Assembly: GCF_009914755.1 (NCBI RefSeq)
Contig: NC_060930.1
Length of the DNA: 64,000 bases
Reading direction: 5' to 3' (one strand)
DNA from: the human T2T-CHM13v2.0 reference genome, Homo sapiens
The notes below the pieces were generated by a model, which had not been told where the DNA came from, searched no databases, and saw nothing but the letters and a program-made list of their open reading frames with translations. Position numbers and translations under genes: made by a program. Numbering within the stretch: position 1 is the first letter of the stretch; the number at the start of each line of letters is the position of its first letter. Below, in pieces: positions 41,129 through 55,583 of the stretch.

Positions 41129-41330
41129 AGCTCTCTCTCTCCATTCTTCTGTCATTTGAGGACAGTGTGCCTCTCCTCTGGAGAATGCAATCCTCACCAG
41201 ACAAGTGAACCTACCAGTGCGTTGATCTTGGACTTCTCAGCCTCTAGAACTGTAAGAAAATAAATTTCTGTTCTTTATAAATTACTTAGTTTTGGGCATC
41301 CTGTTATAACAACACAAACAGACAAAGACA
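41129..41330 (+). mobile_element. MSTC/MSTD-type MaLR LTR, 3' part
   Basis: cctcaccagac...ttgatcttggacttctcagcctctagaactgtaagaaaataaatttctgttctttataaattac...aagaca. Confidence 0.8.
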
Positions 41331-41564
41331 GCTCCTTAATTATAATAGGGTGTTTAAAGCCTAAACTGCTTAGGAACATAGTGATTTTTAAATTACATGC
41401 AAGAGAATAATTTTTATATATTATGTATTAAGTGAGAAACTAAATGAAAAATAATTGGATTTCTTTGTAAAAATAAATCGTGTTCATTTACCAAAATCAT
41501 CTATCCTAAGAAATAAAATAAGATACATTTTATAGTAATAGAAAGTATGCTAACAACATCAACA

Positions 41565-41800
41565 CCAACAACTATTAATACTTTTCTCAACATGTACCAA
41601 GAAATCTCCTAATCACATATTCATTTCCTACTCTCAACAGCTCTAGGGGATAAGTGCTGTTACTACCCATGTTCCATATATGAGGAAAACGAGACACAGA
41701 GAAATTAACTTGTACCATGTCACTCAGTTAGTAAATGGTATGGCATATTTGATTTCAAGTAGTTGGATTTGAGACATTACGTGCCACATGGCACTGCCTC
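41565..41800 (-). mobile_element. MIR
   Basis: atgaggaaaacgagacacagagaaattaacttg...gtcactcagttagtaaatgg...cactgcctc. Confidence 0.75.
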
Positions 41801-44638
41801 TTAGAAAAAAAATGTAAACTAACAGATATAGATGCTTATTAGTTTAAAAAATCAGTTGCTAAGGAAAACTGTGCAGCATTTCTTATTTGGAATTGTTATT
41901 CCTTGAGATAATTAAACTCTAAAGCCCTAAGTTAACATTTATGTAATGAATTACCTTCCTCCCTATGCATTTAGAATGATACTAATTATGTATCATCTTT
42001 GGAATAAATTGAGAATATAGTCATCCAAATTACTTCCTGTGTTCTGTGACTCAGACAAATATTCCTCATTAAGAAAGTTAACAGGATCTTTTGAATCAAC
42101 TTATAATTCCAATCCATCTTTTTGACTGACATGTGTCAGTAATCTTTTAGTTGCAAGTGACAAAAATCCAAAGGAAAATATGCAAAGCTGGTAATTATTT
42201 GGTTCAGATAGAAGGGATGAATATAGTAATTGATTACAGAATTAAATGTAGAAATACAATATCCAGAACTTTTGGGTCTGAAATGAGAAATGTAATTCAA
42301 AAGAAAATTAACTCTTTCCCACCATTTCTCATTCTCCCTTGCCTCTGATCCTTTATACGTTCTTGGTAATTTATTGTGTTGTTTTCACCATAACCTGAGA
42401 TCAGGAAAAACATTTACACCTACTGTAGAGTATCATTGTGTTTACATTTTTGTAGACATTTTCAAAGGTCAAGTTTATTTTTACAATAAAACAATATATG
42501 TTTCCTTTTAAAAAAAATATGGACATCAAAAGCAGATGGAAGAAGTTGTTTAGGAACATTCTATTTGCTATGAATTCATAACCTCAATTAGGCCAGCACA
42601 GTTCCAAGTAATGATAATGCTTTCGTGTAACTTCAGTACTTTCTTGCCTGTAGGTTCCAAGAATAATACTATTTCCACTGATAAAAGTTTTTTTTTTTTA
42701 CAAAATTTACTGTCTAAGTCTACATTTCTTGTAGACTTATAAAATATTCACTTTTATAAGTTTAATATGCTGAGGTTTATATCTGAGACTATGGAAAATA
42801 GTTGTTGACAACATTTTAGAAATTGAGAATTTGTTTATGCTAAATGATTACAAAGGGCTTAGTATGATTACTATCTGAAATGTGTAATTGAATAAGTTTA
42901 AGATTGATTAGAAAAAAAATTATGTTGTCAAACCATCTACTTGTGACTCTAGGGAAGCTATGAATAAACAGAATAACATATATGATACAAAAAATCACAA
43001 TAAAACAGAGCAGATATAAAAGTAGACTGCTAGAATAGCATAGAGGCATTAGAGATGAGGGATAGATGTAATCCTGGACCTTGAAGGAAATTGTTTTATT
43101 CTATCCAGGTCCAAAATATAACTCTAATTGGCTTAGCATTAACTCTCTAAGTTTGTTCATTTCAATTCATATTAATAGTATTTAGAAGAAACGACTCAGC
43201 ATATTAAATCTTTGTAAATTCAAAATAGTAAATAGAAGATACTTAATAGAAAGTAAATAATAGAAGGTACTTTTTTCTACTTAAAAGTAGAAAAAGTAGA
43301 GTTCTTGCACAATGCCTCTGGTATAACTAATATAAAAAAATACAAAATAAACTAATGACAAGGAAATTTTATTACAAATTCCTTATAAAGGTGGCAGTGT
43401 GGCACCATCTACCTAGAACAATGTAGTTTTTGGAGCACCTGAACCATTTTGTTTAGAAGGAAATTGCAAGCTTGTCACAATAAATTATCTGTTTATTACT
43501 AGAGTGGATTTTGAAAGATGGCTGTTCTAAATTGGCATTAACTATAATTGATAGGTATTCAGCTTAAAATACAAAGAAGTGAAGACAACCTACTTTGTCA
43601 TGTACTTTCTTCCTTCAACTTGTTTCCAGTATACATTATATTTACAGTTCTCTAACTCATTACCACCCTCTATTTCAAACCTATGGCACTCCACACTAAT
43701 CAATCATGGTACGCTCATTCCAGAGAGAGCCTTATAATTTTTTTTTCCAAAATTGTTAGTAAGAGCTCAGCAAAGTGTCTATGGAGGTACCAAAACAATC
43801 AAAAAAGACAATTAGACTAACAAAAGGGATAACACATAAATGACGCCTTCAAAAAACTTAATAACAAAGTATCCCCATGAAATCTAGAATAGGGAAAAGA
43901 AGAGCTAAACTGCCCTCACATTGACCCGTTTTGAGCAAGGCACATAGAAGTAAAACAATGGGACTTATGATGATTCTTACAGCTGGATACTCAAACATTT
44001 TTTCCAAGTTCTTATGCCCAAAATGAGAGGATCCCCCATAAACTGTTAAGGGCTTAAAAGAACTGTCTCAGAAAAAACAGATAAAATTATAAGTGGTCTC
44101 CACCAAGCAAAAATATCTGAGGTTATAGGGTGCCCTGGACATAACTAGTCTTTAAGGTATCCAGTAAAAACAAACAAACAAGCAGCATTACATTGATGAG
44201 AAACTTCTTGGAGTAAAACTCAAGTTATTCAGTCATTATAAGAATATAGTCACTATAGGGGTAAGTAAGGGAAACTTCTCAGATATAAGTGGACATATGT
44301 AAGAACCAAACAAAGCAGATTTCAGAAAATACAAGAAAGTCAGAAGTACCAAGAAACATGCTGGAAACATGTTTATATATTAAACAGAAGGTATCCCAGA
44401 GCTGCAAAACTAGGAAAACCATCCTAGTATATCCTCTACCTCTACATAGCCCTTACCTCCTAAGAGTATGAGAAAACCAATCTCATTTAAACAATAAGAG
44501 TAAAAATTCCACACAAATATATTGTACGAAAAAAAGATGATAGCAATTAACAAAATAATGTGCCCATAAAAGGATAAACACATGATTTTTAAAAAGATAG
44601 ATATAAATCAGAGAAAAGCTGTTATTTAATATTATAAG

Positions 44639-44995
44639 TGTAATAGTCTTTTCTCATGCTGCTAAAAAAGAAATACCTGAGCTGGGGTAATTTGTAAAGG
44701 AAAGAGGTTTAATGAACTCACAGTTCCACATGGCTGCGGAGGCCTCTAAATCATGGCAGAAGTTGAAGGGGGAAGAAGACATGTCTTATATGGCAGCAGG
44801 AAAGAGAGAGCTTGTGCAGGGAAACTCTCATTTATAAAACCATCAGATCTTGGGAGCCTTGTTCAATACCACAAGAACAGTATGGAGGAAACCATCTCCA
44901 TGATTCAATTATCTCCATCAGGCCCCGCCCATGACACATGGGGATTATTATAATTCAAGGTGAGATTTGGGTGTGGACACAGCCAAATCATATAA
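44639..44995 (-). mobile_element. THE1B/C-type solo LTR
   Basis: Complete LTR with perfect 5-bp TSD ataag (44634-44638, 44996-45000). Confidence 0.93.
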
Positions 44996-45307
44996 ATAAG
45001 CTAAAGGATCAACAACAACAACAAAAATAGAAATAAGAGCAGAAATCTATAAGATGATGTCTAGACAACCAGGGGAAATGAAAATGAGACCATAGAGCTC
45101 AGTAAAAGAATTAGAAATACAATAAAAACCTTTCAGAGTGAACTAATTAAAACAGGAGGAATACAAAAGTAAGTAGATAAAACTACCCCCATAAAAATAA
45201 AAATAAAGTATTGAGGTAAGTAAAAAATTAAAAGTTAAACAGAAATGAAAAGAAACACAGAAACAATCCACAGAAAGTGATAGACAGTAAATAAGAAAAT
45301 AGCCAAT

Positions 45308-45437
45308 CAGAAGTCTGGGGCAGGAGGATCGCTTGAGCTCAGGAGTCTGAGGCTACAGTGATCTATGATTGTGCCACAGCACTCCAGCCTGAGTGACAGA
45401 GTGAGACCCTCTCTCAAAAAAAAAAAAAAAAAAAAAA
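45308..45437 (+). mobile_element. Alu right-arm fragment (AluJ/FRAM)
   Basis: gcaggaggatcgcttgagctcaggag...cactccagcctgagtgacagagtgagaccct followed by poly(A). Confidence 0.88.
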
Positions 45438-46350
45438 GTCAACATCTGCATAATAAGAGTCCTTGAAGAAAACCAAAGCAATCAAATAAAAGCAATACTA
45501 AAATCTGTAATCCAAGAAAACTTCTCTGAAGTAAAAAATGGCTCATGATTACATAATGAATAGGCATGTGAGGTACCTTCCAAAGTTGATTCAGAATGGT
45601 CAACACAAAGATATATCATAGTAAAACAATTAGACATTAAAGTAAAAAAAAAAATCAAACAGAAAAAGAAGTCTTTGAGGAATTGAGGTAAAAAGACCAA
45701 GTCACTTATAAAAGAATATCAGATTGGTTTTAGACTTCTTAACTGCAACACCTTGGATCAGATAATAATGAAGTAATTTATTTAAGGTACTTAAAGAAAG
45801 AAAATAAGAGCCAAGAATGCCATATCCAAACAGATTCTCAATAATAAAGACCAAAGACAAACAGTTATGAATACATAAGAACTCAGATAATAGTTTTACC
45901 ATGTTTTCACCTTGAGAAATATACCAAAGAAAAATCTTTGGGCCACTAAGGAATAAGAGACACTTGGCAAAAAGTTCAAGCAGTGAGCACTGATTATATT
46001 TAACTCTAGAAATAAGAATAAATAATGTACAAAAAGATGACAAAAGAGAATAAAATTGGTATATAATAATTATGGTAAAAATACAACCCTCAAATTGGAA
46101 ATAAAATGGTAAAGCATAAGGCAAGTAGAAAAAGTATGCCACTTGTCTCCTTAGTATAAACTGAGATTAAAGGATATTCCTTTAAGATAGACACTCTGAA
46201 AAAGGGAGAAAAAATATTTTAACTTATTTCAGTATTGATGCTAGCTTGGAACCACTGCCTAATAAAAACTGAACCAAAGGCATTACATAAAGGTGTTGGT
46301 ACACAAATAACCCCAAATTTTAATATAAATAAGTGGAATGCTGAAGGTAG

Positions 46351-46393
46351 GAGAAGAGAGAGTGAGAGCGAGCGAGCGAGAGAGAGAGAGAGA
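46351..46393. repeat. (GA)n/(GCGA)n microsatellite
   Basis: Read directly from the sequence. Confidence 0.9.
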
Positions 46394-46659
46394 TGACATA
46401 GTGAAAGTTTTTATGTAGGAAAAAAATCATAACTGAGATCAAACCTTTATCTTATCAATGAAAGTGAGTTGGCTTAATTCCCCTGTTATAGGGAAAGATT
46501 TGCAGAATACTAAGAAAAATATAACTCTATGCCATATACAGGGCTCACATAAAACAAAGTGAATTAGAAAATGGTTAAAAATAAAAAGATGGTTTAAAAA
46601 TCAGGAAATACACTAAGAAAAAGCAGGAGACACAATCTTTGCTTCCCTCCCCCCACCTC

Positions 46660-46801
46660 CTTCTTCTTCTTTTTGTTAGAGATGGGGTCTTGCTATGTTG
46701 CTATTGACCAGGCTGATCTTGAACACTCCTGGCCTCAAGTGATCCTCTTACCTTTCCTCCCAAAGTGTTTGAATTACAGGCATGAACCACTGCACCTGGC
46801 C
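46660..46801 (-). mobile_element. FLAM_C / Alu left monomer
   Basis: agagatggggtcttgctatgttg...ctcctggcctcaagtgatcctc...attacaggcatgaaccactgcacctggcc. Confidence 0.85.
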
Positions 46802-47718
46802 TTTTGTATTTTTATAGACAACAGAAATTAGAGAAAAATGGAGATGGAAGGAGAAATAAAACAACAACATCAAAAACTGAATAGTAGTTTTTAATCCATA
46901 TCTCCCCATTCAAGGCAGATTAAATGAACAAAACTTCAGTAAAGAAAATAGAATATCTAAATGATGTATTCAGTATGGTAGTACTATAAGTACATATCAA
47001 GTTTTGAACTAATGCAATAGAATAGCTAAACGATATAATCAATGGGAGAGTGCATGTATATATATGTATATATTTAATATATTGGCTTATATAATATATA
47101 TTCCAACAAAAATCTCCCTTTTAGTATAAAGTAAACAGTTTTAAAAAGTGACTACATTAAAATAAACTTTATTAAATTTCAAGAAACAGAAATAATTCAA
47201 ACAGCATTCTCTAAACACAGTGCAATAAAACTAGACACTAAGTTTTATAATACCAAAAAAGAAAACACATCCAAAAATGCTTTCTTACCTACAATTAAAA
47301 AAAACTCTCTTAATAAAAAAGTGAACACATTACCTATAATAATATATTAGATAAAATTATAAAGATATCAGGAAAATTTTTAGATCAAATTTCTTCACTG
47401 ACTATATATGCCTCTGTGTGTGTAGACATATACATACATACATACACACACACATTCTTCAAAAAGCAAGAAAAAAGAAAAAGTAAACCAAAATAAAGCA
47501 AAAAATAAGAATTTATGAAGTCAAAAATTAGAAACTAATAAATATAAAACAAAAATAGAAAAATGCATAAATCAAAAAGCTTGGGTATTGTTTATGGTAG
47601 CAATGTAGACAAATCATTAGCTATATGGATTAAAGTACATGTAAGGAGCACAAATACAGATATTTAGAGTAATAACCATTAGAGGAAATTTTTAAAATCA
47701 TAAAAGACTACCTTATTT

Positions 47719-47901
47719 CAGTGGTTTTTAAACAAAAGCAATTTTACTCTCTTACCCTCATCTGAGAACACTTACGAATGTCTGGGATCTTCTAGGAAGA
47801 GGAAGGAATGCTGCTACCCTCCTTCCATACACAGGTAGTCCCCTAAAACAAAGACTTACCAAGCCCAGTGTGTGAAAAGTGCTGAGGTCAAAAAACTGCT
47901 T
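47719..47901. mobile_element. MER20-type hAT-Charlie element
   Basis: cagtggttttta...gcaatttt...aatgtctgg...cacaggtagtcccctaaaacaaag...agtgctgaggtcaaaaaactg. Confidence 0.7.
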
Positions 47902-48790
47902 GGCATAATGATATGCAAATAAATTTGAAAATTGAATATTTCAATAATGTTCTAAGAAAATTGATTTATAAGATTTTACTTCATTAGAGATAGGAGATAA
48001 AGTCCAAATTTTTCTTACTTATTTAGCAATATCAAAATTCTTAGTAAATAAAGTAAGACATGATAAAGCAATGACATAAAACTTGGAAAATAACAAAAAA
48101 AAATTTCCAGAAGACATAATTATTTAGAAAATCTAAAATAATAAATTTAAAAATAAATAACTTTTTCTAACAATGGAAAATTTTATAAATATCAAGATAC
48201 ATTTCAATACAAAAATTAATAGCATTTATATAATAGCCATTTTGGAGAAAAATAAATGTGTAGATGCCATTAAAACAAAAAAAAGCAACAAATACTTAAG
48301 CATTAAGTTTAAAAGAAATATACAAAACCTAGATGAGGGACTCTATAAAGCACTTTTAAATATTTAAAAAGATATAAACAAATACATACACATCATATTT
48401 TTGAAAAGGAAGACTTAAAATCACAAATATATCAGTATTCCATAGGTTTATTTATAAATTTAATACAACCCAAATAAAAAAATCATCAGGTTACCTTCAA
48501 CCCCCTAGCCAGCCAGTCAAGTTGATTATGAAATGAAGATAAAAATAAAAATGAAGTATAACCATTAAAACCCTATAAATAAAACAAAATGGCAGGACAA
48601 GCATTATGAGCTACTAAAACACATTATATAGATAGTATAACTTTAAAAGTGTGATGATATTTCAATCGGAAGATAAAAAATGAAACAGAATAGACATCCA
48701 GAAATGTACCTAAGTTCATATGAAAATTTAGAGTAAAAAATGATGGCATGTCAAATAATTGAGGAAAAAGGATTTTTTAAGTAGACTTGT

Positions 48791-48920
48791 CTGGAGGCTG
48801 AGGCGGAAGGATCACTTGAGCTCCAGAGATCCAGGCTGCAACGAGCCAAGATTGCACCACTGCATTTCATCCTGGGCAACAGAGCAAGACCCTATATCTT
48901 TAAAAAATAATAATAATAAA
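48791..48920 (+). mobile_element. Alu right-arm fragment (AluJ/FRAM)
   Basis: ggaggctgaggcggaaggatcacttgagc...cctgggcaacagagcaagaccct followed by an A-rich tail. Confidence 0.85.
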
Positions 48921-50094
48921 TGAACTTGGGACAATATAAAGCTTTTGGGAAAAAGATAAAGGTGGTTCTATTCCCCACATTGTATATTCAGAGACATTTC
49001 AAGAGGGTCAGAGATCTAAAGGTAAAACATAAAATCATATACATGCTAGAAAAAAGTATCATGAATTACTTACATATATATGTGTATATATTTACCCAAA
49101 GAATATTAAGTATGTTATTAAAAATATAATTATGGCTAAACATATAAAAGAAAATAATTAATACATTTGACTACATAAAAATATAGTTTAAAATGCCCTA
49201 CTGAAGAATACTTCCAGAAAGGCAAAATAAAAAAGAAGAATCTCTGAAATTTCATCTCTCCATAAAAGCAGTTGGGACAATAGCAAAAATTGTCAAAATA
49301 AATTTAAGGAACTCAAGAAAAAATTGTGAATTTCAGGAAAAGCAAAGAGCTTTCTGACATTTTAATGTGCTCTGTCCTCATCCTCCTATCTTCAGCTTCA
49401 CGGAAGGTTTGAAAACCAGCAGCATTAGAACTATGGTAGCTAAGGAAAATCGGCTGTCTAACAACCACTGGAGTAGGAAGAATGGATTTTAAGCTCCCTA
49501 AAAAGCCCTATCTTCACAGACTATCACTGTTTGAACTGTTTGGAAGCTTCCTGGATAAATTCCATTCTCACGGTTAGTCAATAATCTGACCTGACTCAGG
49601 TCTTGTTCAGTGGAAAAAGCCCTACCATCACAGCATTTGTTGAAAATAAGTATGGCATTTGCTTAGTGTTAACAGCTCCTTGAGGTAGTGACACCATTTG
49701 GGACAACAAGAAGCTGGCCACAAATTTTAAAATGAAGATACGTGTAATGAAATATCCATGGGGGCTTTGAAAAGCTTCAGTATATTCTAGGGGGCCTAGA
49801 AGATTATGCACATGTACACAACTCTGTAAACACCCAAAAAAAGACCTGAAAAGGCCCTGCTGTATAATCTCTAGCTGACCTTGAGGACCAATGTAAACAC
49901 AAACTAAAGATGAAAACAAAGTTTTAAACTGTTAGATGGTTGAAAATATGCCCAACACATACTCCTACCCTTTGCTGAAAGTCCCTCGGCCAAGAATAGG
50001 CAACATATTTATTCAAGACATTTAAAGAAATCTCAGCAAATAATAGGCAACATATTGATTCAATAAATTTTTAAAATCTCAGTGTCTGCCCATG

Positions 50095-50096
<2 letters not shown>

Positions 50097-50137
<41 letters not shown>
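50097..50137. repeat. (CA)~20 microsatellite
   Basis: Uninterrupted AC run. Confidence 0.97.
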
Positions 50138-50139
<2 letters not shown>

Positions 50140-51331
50140 TTTTACAGAATCGGTCAAGGAAAGTGTTCCATAGACAACAGCAACAGAAGCAGCAACAACA
50201 ATAAATATGAAAAACAATAAAGCCTGGAGGTAGTGGAAACATTTCTGGAGTTACCACATTATATTATTTAAAATGTCAAATATTCAACAGCAAGTTTAAG
50301 ATACATGAACAGAAAATTATGGCCCATACAGAGGAAAAAACTAGTCAATAGAAATTGTCCTTAAGGAAACCAGTATGGTTCATTTTGGACTTACCAAAGA
50401 CTCTAAATTATTACAAAATGTTTAAAAATCATGTCTAAAGAAATTTTTTAAAGTATGAGGACAATGTCACACCAAATGGCCTGATATTATTAAAAATAAA
50501 TAAATACATATTATAAAATTGAAAAATACAATAACTGAAATGGAAAATTCACTAAAGGGCTCAGTAGCAGATTATGGATTATAGATTTTAAAAACTCAGC
50601 AAACCTGAATATAGGTCAAAGTCTTAATTATTAATATTTTAAAGTATAATTTAAATATAATTAAATCTCAATTGAGATTTTAACCTATATTCAAGTTTGC
50701 TTTGTTGAGTCCAAGCAACAGAAAGAAAAAAAAAGAATTAAGAAAATTGAATGAAGTCTCAGAAGCCTATGAGACACTATCAAGCATAACAACTATGCAT
50801 AATGGGAGTCCCAAAGGAAAGGAGAGAGAAGGAAGCAGAAAGAATATTTCCCCAAAAAAGTGACTAAAAGTATTATAAATTTAATGAAAAAAATTAGTCT
50901 GTAAATGCAAAGAACTCAACAAATTGCACATGAGATCCATACCAAAACACATCATAGAAAAACAGTCAAAAGCCAGTTATAGAGAGTGAGTCTTGAATGC
51001 AGCAGAAAAAAGAAAAAAACAAAACCTTACTTATCACATATAGGGACTTTTAATAAAATTAAAAGATGGCTTCTCAGAAGAAACCATGGATGACTGGAGT
51101 CAGTGGGATGACATAGTCTGTGTTCTGAAAGAAAGAATGGCAAACAAGAATATTGTGTCCAGAAAAACTATCTTTCAAAAATGAAGAAGAAATTAAAATA
51201 GTCCCAGATGAACAAAAACAGAATTTGTCACTAGCAGACCTGCTTTGTAAGAAATACAAAAACTAGTTCTTTAGTATTCTCTGAAGTGAAAGTTACTACA
51301 CAGTAACTGGAATCCACAGAAATAGAGTACT

Positions 51332-51731
<400 letters not shown>

Positions 51732-53572
51732 TTATTGATAGGCTTATCATGTGTAAATATGATTTAGATATATTCTTACACGGTAAGAACTTTTCATAAA
51801 TTTTTATAAAATCATTACACAAAGGATGGGGGAGAGAACAGAGCTATACCGGAGTTCAGTTCTGGTAATATTGAAGTTAAGTTATTATTATCCAAATGAG
51901 ATTGTTTGAAATTAAGATGGTAATTAAATTCTGTAAGGGAACTACTAAACAAACAGTTTTTAAAATATATTGTAAAAGAAACAATAAGGGATTTAAAATG
52001 CTACTAGAATAATGTCTATTTAACAAAAAGAAGGCAGTAATGAAGAAATAGAAAAATAAGACAAAAGACATGTAGAAAAAACTAATATGATTGATAGACA
52101 TAATCTCTATCTTTTGTAATTATATTGAACATTAAAAGATAAATATTTTATTCAAAAGACAGAAATAGGCTTAATGAGATTTTTAAAAAAGCATTATGCA
52201 ACTTTGTACTGTCCACAAAAAGATGTACTTTACATTCAAAGACAAAAATAAGTTGAAAGTAAAAGATGAAAGTAATATACAAACTGAAAACAAAGAGAAC
52301 TAGAGTGGTTATACTAACATCAGACAAATTAGAATGTAATATATATATTATAAGGGACAAAAAAAGATACTACATTTTGCTAAAAAGGTCAATCTACCAA
52401 GAGAGCATGTCAATGACAAATATATATGCACCTAGGAGTCCCAACATACATAAAGCTAAAACTGATGCAATTAGAGAAATAGCCAATTAAACAATAATAG
52501 TAGAAGATATTAAATAATAATAGAAGATATTAAAATACCATTTTCAATCCTAGATAGTTTATCCTTACCATAAGGAAACAGAGTACTTCAAAAGCAGTAT
52601 AAACCACCTGGACCTTACAGCCATGTGTAGAACATTCTATCCCAAAAATCAGACTAGACATTCACGTACACATGGAACATTCTTCAGGATAGACTACATA
52701 TTGGGCCATAAAGCAAACTTTATTCATTAAATTTAGAAATAGTGTATATACAGAGTATTTTCTGACTATAATGATATGAAATTACAAATCAATAATTAAA
52801 GGAAGTTTGGAATATGTGAATATTAAACAGTCATTCCTAAATAAAAAATGGATCTAAGAAAAAATAACATGGGAAATGAGAAAATATTGTGAATGAATGA
52901 AAACAAAACCACAACATACCAAAACTTATGGGATGCAGAAAAAGTAGTGCTCACGGGGAAATTTATAGCTGTGAACATGTACATTAAAGAAAGTTTTCAA
53001 ATCAATAACCTACTTCCAGTTTAAGAACTAAAAATATAAAAGCAAACTAAACTCAAAGTTAGCAGAAAGAAGGACATAATAAAGAATATAGCAGAATTAA
53101 ATTTTAAAAAGAATAGAGAAAATTTTAAAAAACAAAAGTTGGTTCTGTGGAAGGCTTAAGAAAATTTTCAATGTTTAGCTAAACTGATGAGAAAAATCAG
53201 TGAAATTCAAATTGCTAAAATCAAGTATAAAAGAGAGGATGTTAATAATGACCTTATAGAAATAAAAATAATTTTTAGAGAATACTATGGGAAATTGCAT
53301 GTCAACAAATTAGACAACTTTGATATATAGATCAATTCCTAGGAAGACAAAAATTACCCAAACTAACTCAAGAAGGAATAGAAAAATTATCTATAACAAG
53401 TAAAAATATTGAATTAATAATTTAAATACTTTCCATAAATAAAAGCCAGAGTCCAGTTGATTCACAGATAAATTCTACCAAATGCTTAAAGAAGAATTAA
53501 TATCATTCTTTCTAAAAATTTTCAAACAATAAAATAACGGGTCATTCTAATTCATTCTAACGCATCATGCTG

Positions 53573-53728
53573 ATCTCTATCTTCACATGGTGTTCCCTAT
53601 GTGTGTCTGTCACTGTGTCTGAATTTCCTTTTTGTAAGGACACAGTCATATTAGATTAGGGCCCACCATAATGACTTCATTTAATCTGATTTCAACATCT
53701 TTTAGGGGGACACATTCGGCCCATAACA
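53573..53728 (-). mobile_element. MLT1A/B/C-type MaLR LTR fragment
   Basis: tcttcacatggtgttccc...taaggacacagtcatattagattagggcccacc...ggggacacattcggcccataaca. Confidence 0.75.
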
Positions 53729-55179
53729 TTAGATACTCACTTGACTATAAAAATCTAAAAGTTTATTGTAAATAGTTTCAAAGTCCATTTTTCAGAGACA
53801 AGTCCATATTTAAAGAGTAGGGCACACTGCATTTTATTGCTGCTGTGCTTGCATCTAGCATTCACAGTAGTAAACAGATTGGTAAATCAGTTTGTGACAA
53901 CCTGCTAAGTCTTTCTTCTTGATTTTCTAATCAGGTACCCTATTTTATAACAGATTCCAAGCTAATCAAGGTCACAGCCGGTGAAACTTTTAATGGAATT
54001 TCACTAGCATAAACTCAAGTACACTAAAATCTTTAGGCAGAAATGGCCATATTAACATTACATTTTCATGAGTGCATGTTTTACCCTGAGTATGAAATGT
54101 ACACATAAGCACCCCAGAAGTTACTGTGGCTGAATATGTCTACTCATAAGTTAGCTGAATAATGAGTAACTTCAGAATTTAGGTGATTAAAATTCATGTG
54201 GATATTTGCTTCAATCTGGAGCCATTTATTACAATACTAAGTAGGTTCACTTATGTTTAAAAAGAAAACTTATCTTTCCAGCTTTCCAAATAGGGATAGA
54301 AAAAGTATTTTGTCAAATGTTCATGAAAAGCTTACTCTTTAATCATTCTGAGATATCCTTATTTAACTCTTATGTAGTAAATCCATGAAGTTCCCCATTT
54401 CAGAAGTTATTATAGGAATATGGCATTAATCTCCCATTCCTCCAACCAACATCTCCAGCAAGAAATGCTTAACTTGCACTGGAAATGTGGATGGGCAAAT
54501 ATACAAATCTGAAAAAAAAATTCTTTCAATTTGAATATTGATAATTGGCTGTAGCTTATTAGTGGGTACGCATTTATGGTATTATCATTATAATGCAAAG
54601 AGAAGAGAAATTATTCTTTTAAAATCTACTGCATTGCCCCAAAGATAACAAAATCCAGGAGAAAGCTGAAATTTTTAAAAAGTTCTTAACCTTAGTTATC
54701 TAGGAAAACTCATTGTATTTGATTTTTATGAGTTCAAGTATTTCCTGATTCTATTCCTAAACCATTCCTCTATGAGTGTGTCTAGTAAGAAATTATCTTT
54801 TCTAAATTAGAATGTTAAAAAATATTCCCAATGTGTAGTCATGCTGGGCATGGAAATGTTCATTATTCTTATGGAAAATTTTCTCATACCAACTAGAACA
54901 TTTTCGTTTTCTTACTAACGTTTCTTTGCCCCCCCTACCCCCAAAAGCTCCCAGTATTTAGAAGAATAATGTAATACTGAAGCTGGAACTTGCATAAAAA
55001 TTATCTGTCACAGTATTTCTGTTCCATCAGGAAGTGTTCGCTCATTGTATAGACAAAATCCATTTCCAGCTAATGTCTATTGATTTAGCCAGGATATTTG
55101 ACCACCCTTCCATTATTTTTAAATGGGGAGTGAGAGTGCAAAAGCAAACTATAAAAATGTAAGCTCATATTTATTCACT

Positions 55180-55583
55180 CTAATAATGAGAAAAAGATCA
55201 GAGAAACCCAAATTGAGAGGCATTATACAAAATATGTAACCAGGACTCTTCAAAACTGTCAGAGTCATGAAAAACAAGGAGAGGTTAATAAACTATTAAT
55301 AAGCGAACTAAAAAGACATGATGACTAACATAAAGGGACATACTGGATTGGATCTCTGAGCAAAAGAAAAAGGATATTAGTGAAAAAAAGAATGAAATCC
55401 AAATGAAGTCTTTAGTTAATATTATTGTACCAATGCTAATGTCTTAGTTCCGACAAGCGTATCATGGTCATATACAACGTTAACATAGTGGAAATTGGAT
55501 GAAGCTTATATGAAAACTGTGTACTATTTCTGCAACTTTCTAGAAATCTAAAAATATCCCAAATAAAAACTTAAAAAAAAAAA
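55180..55583 (+). mobile_element. L1MC4-type 3' end
   Basis: aaacccaaattgagaggcattatacaaaat...ctcttcaaaactgtc...ttgtaccaatgctaat...gtactatttctgcaacttt, ending in an A-tail. Confidence 0.8.

Larger units (their letters stand above)
43750..49200 (+). mobile_element. Very old, degraded L1M (L1ME-like) with ORF1 and ORF2 remnants, hosting several younger insertions
   Basis: ORF1-like ...gagtccttgaagaa...caagaaaacttctctgaa...agatatatcatagtaaaa...atcagattgg (45440-45850); EN-like from ~46440; later ORF2 motifs to ~49190. Left boundary uncertain. Confidence 0.6.

Noticed and set aside
45308-46801. Oppositely oriented Alu monomers ~1.2 kb apart as a dsRNA/editing substrate
   Set aside because: They are different arms (right vs left), short and diverged; stable pairing is unlikely.
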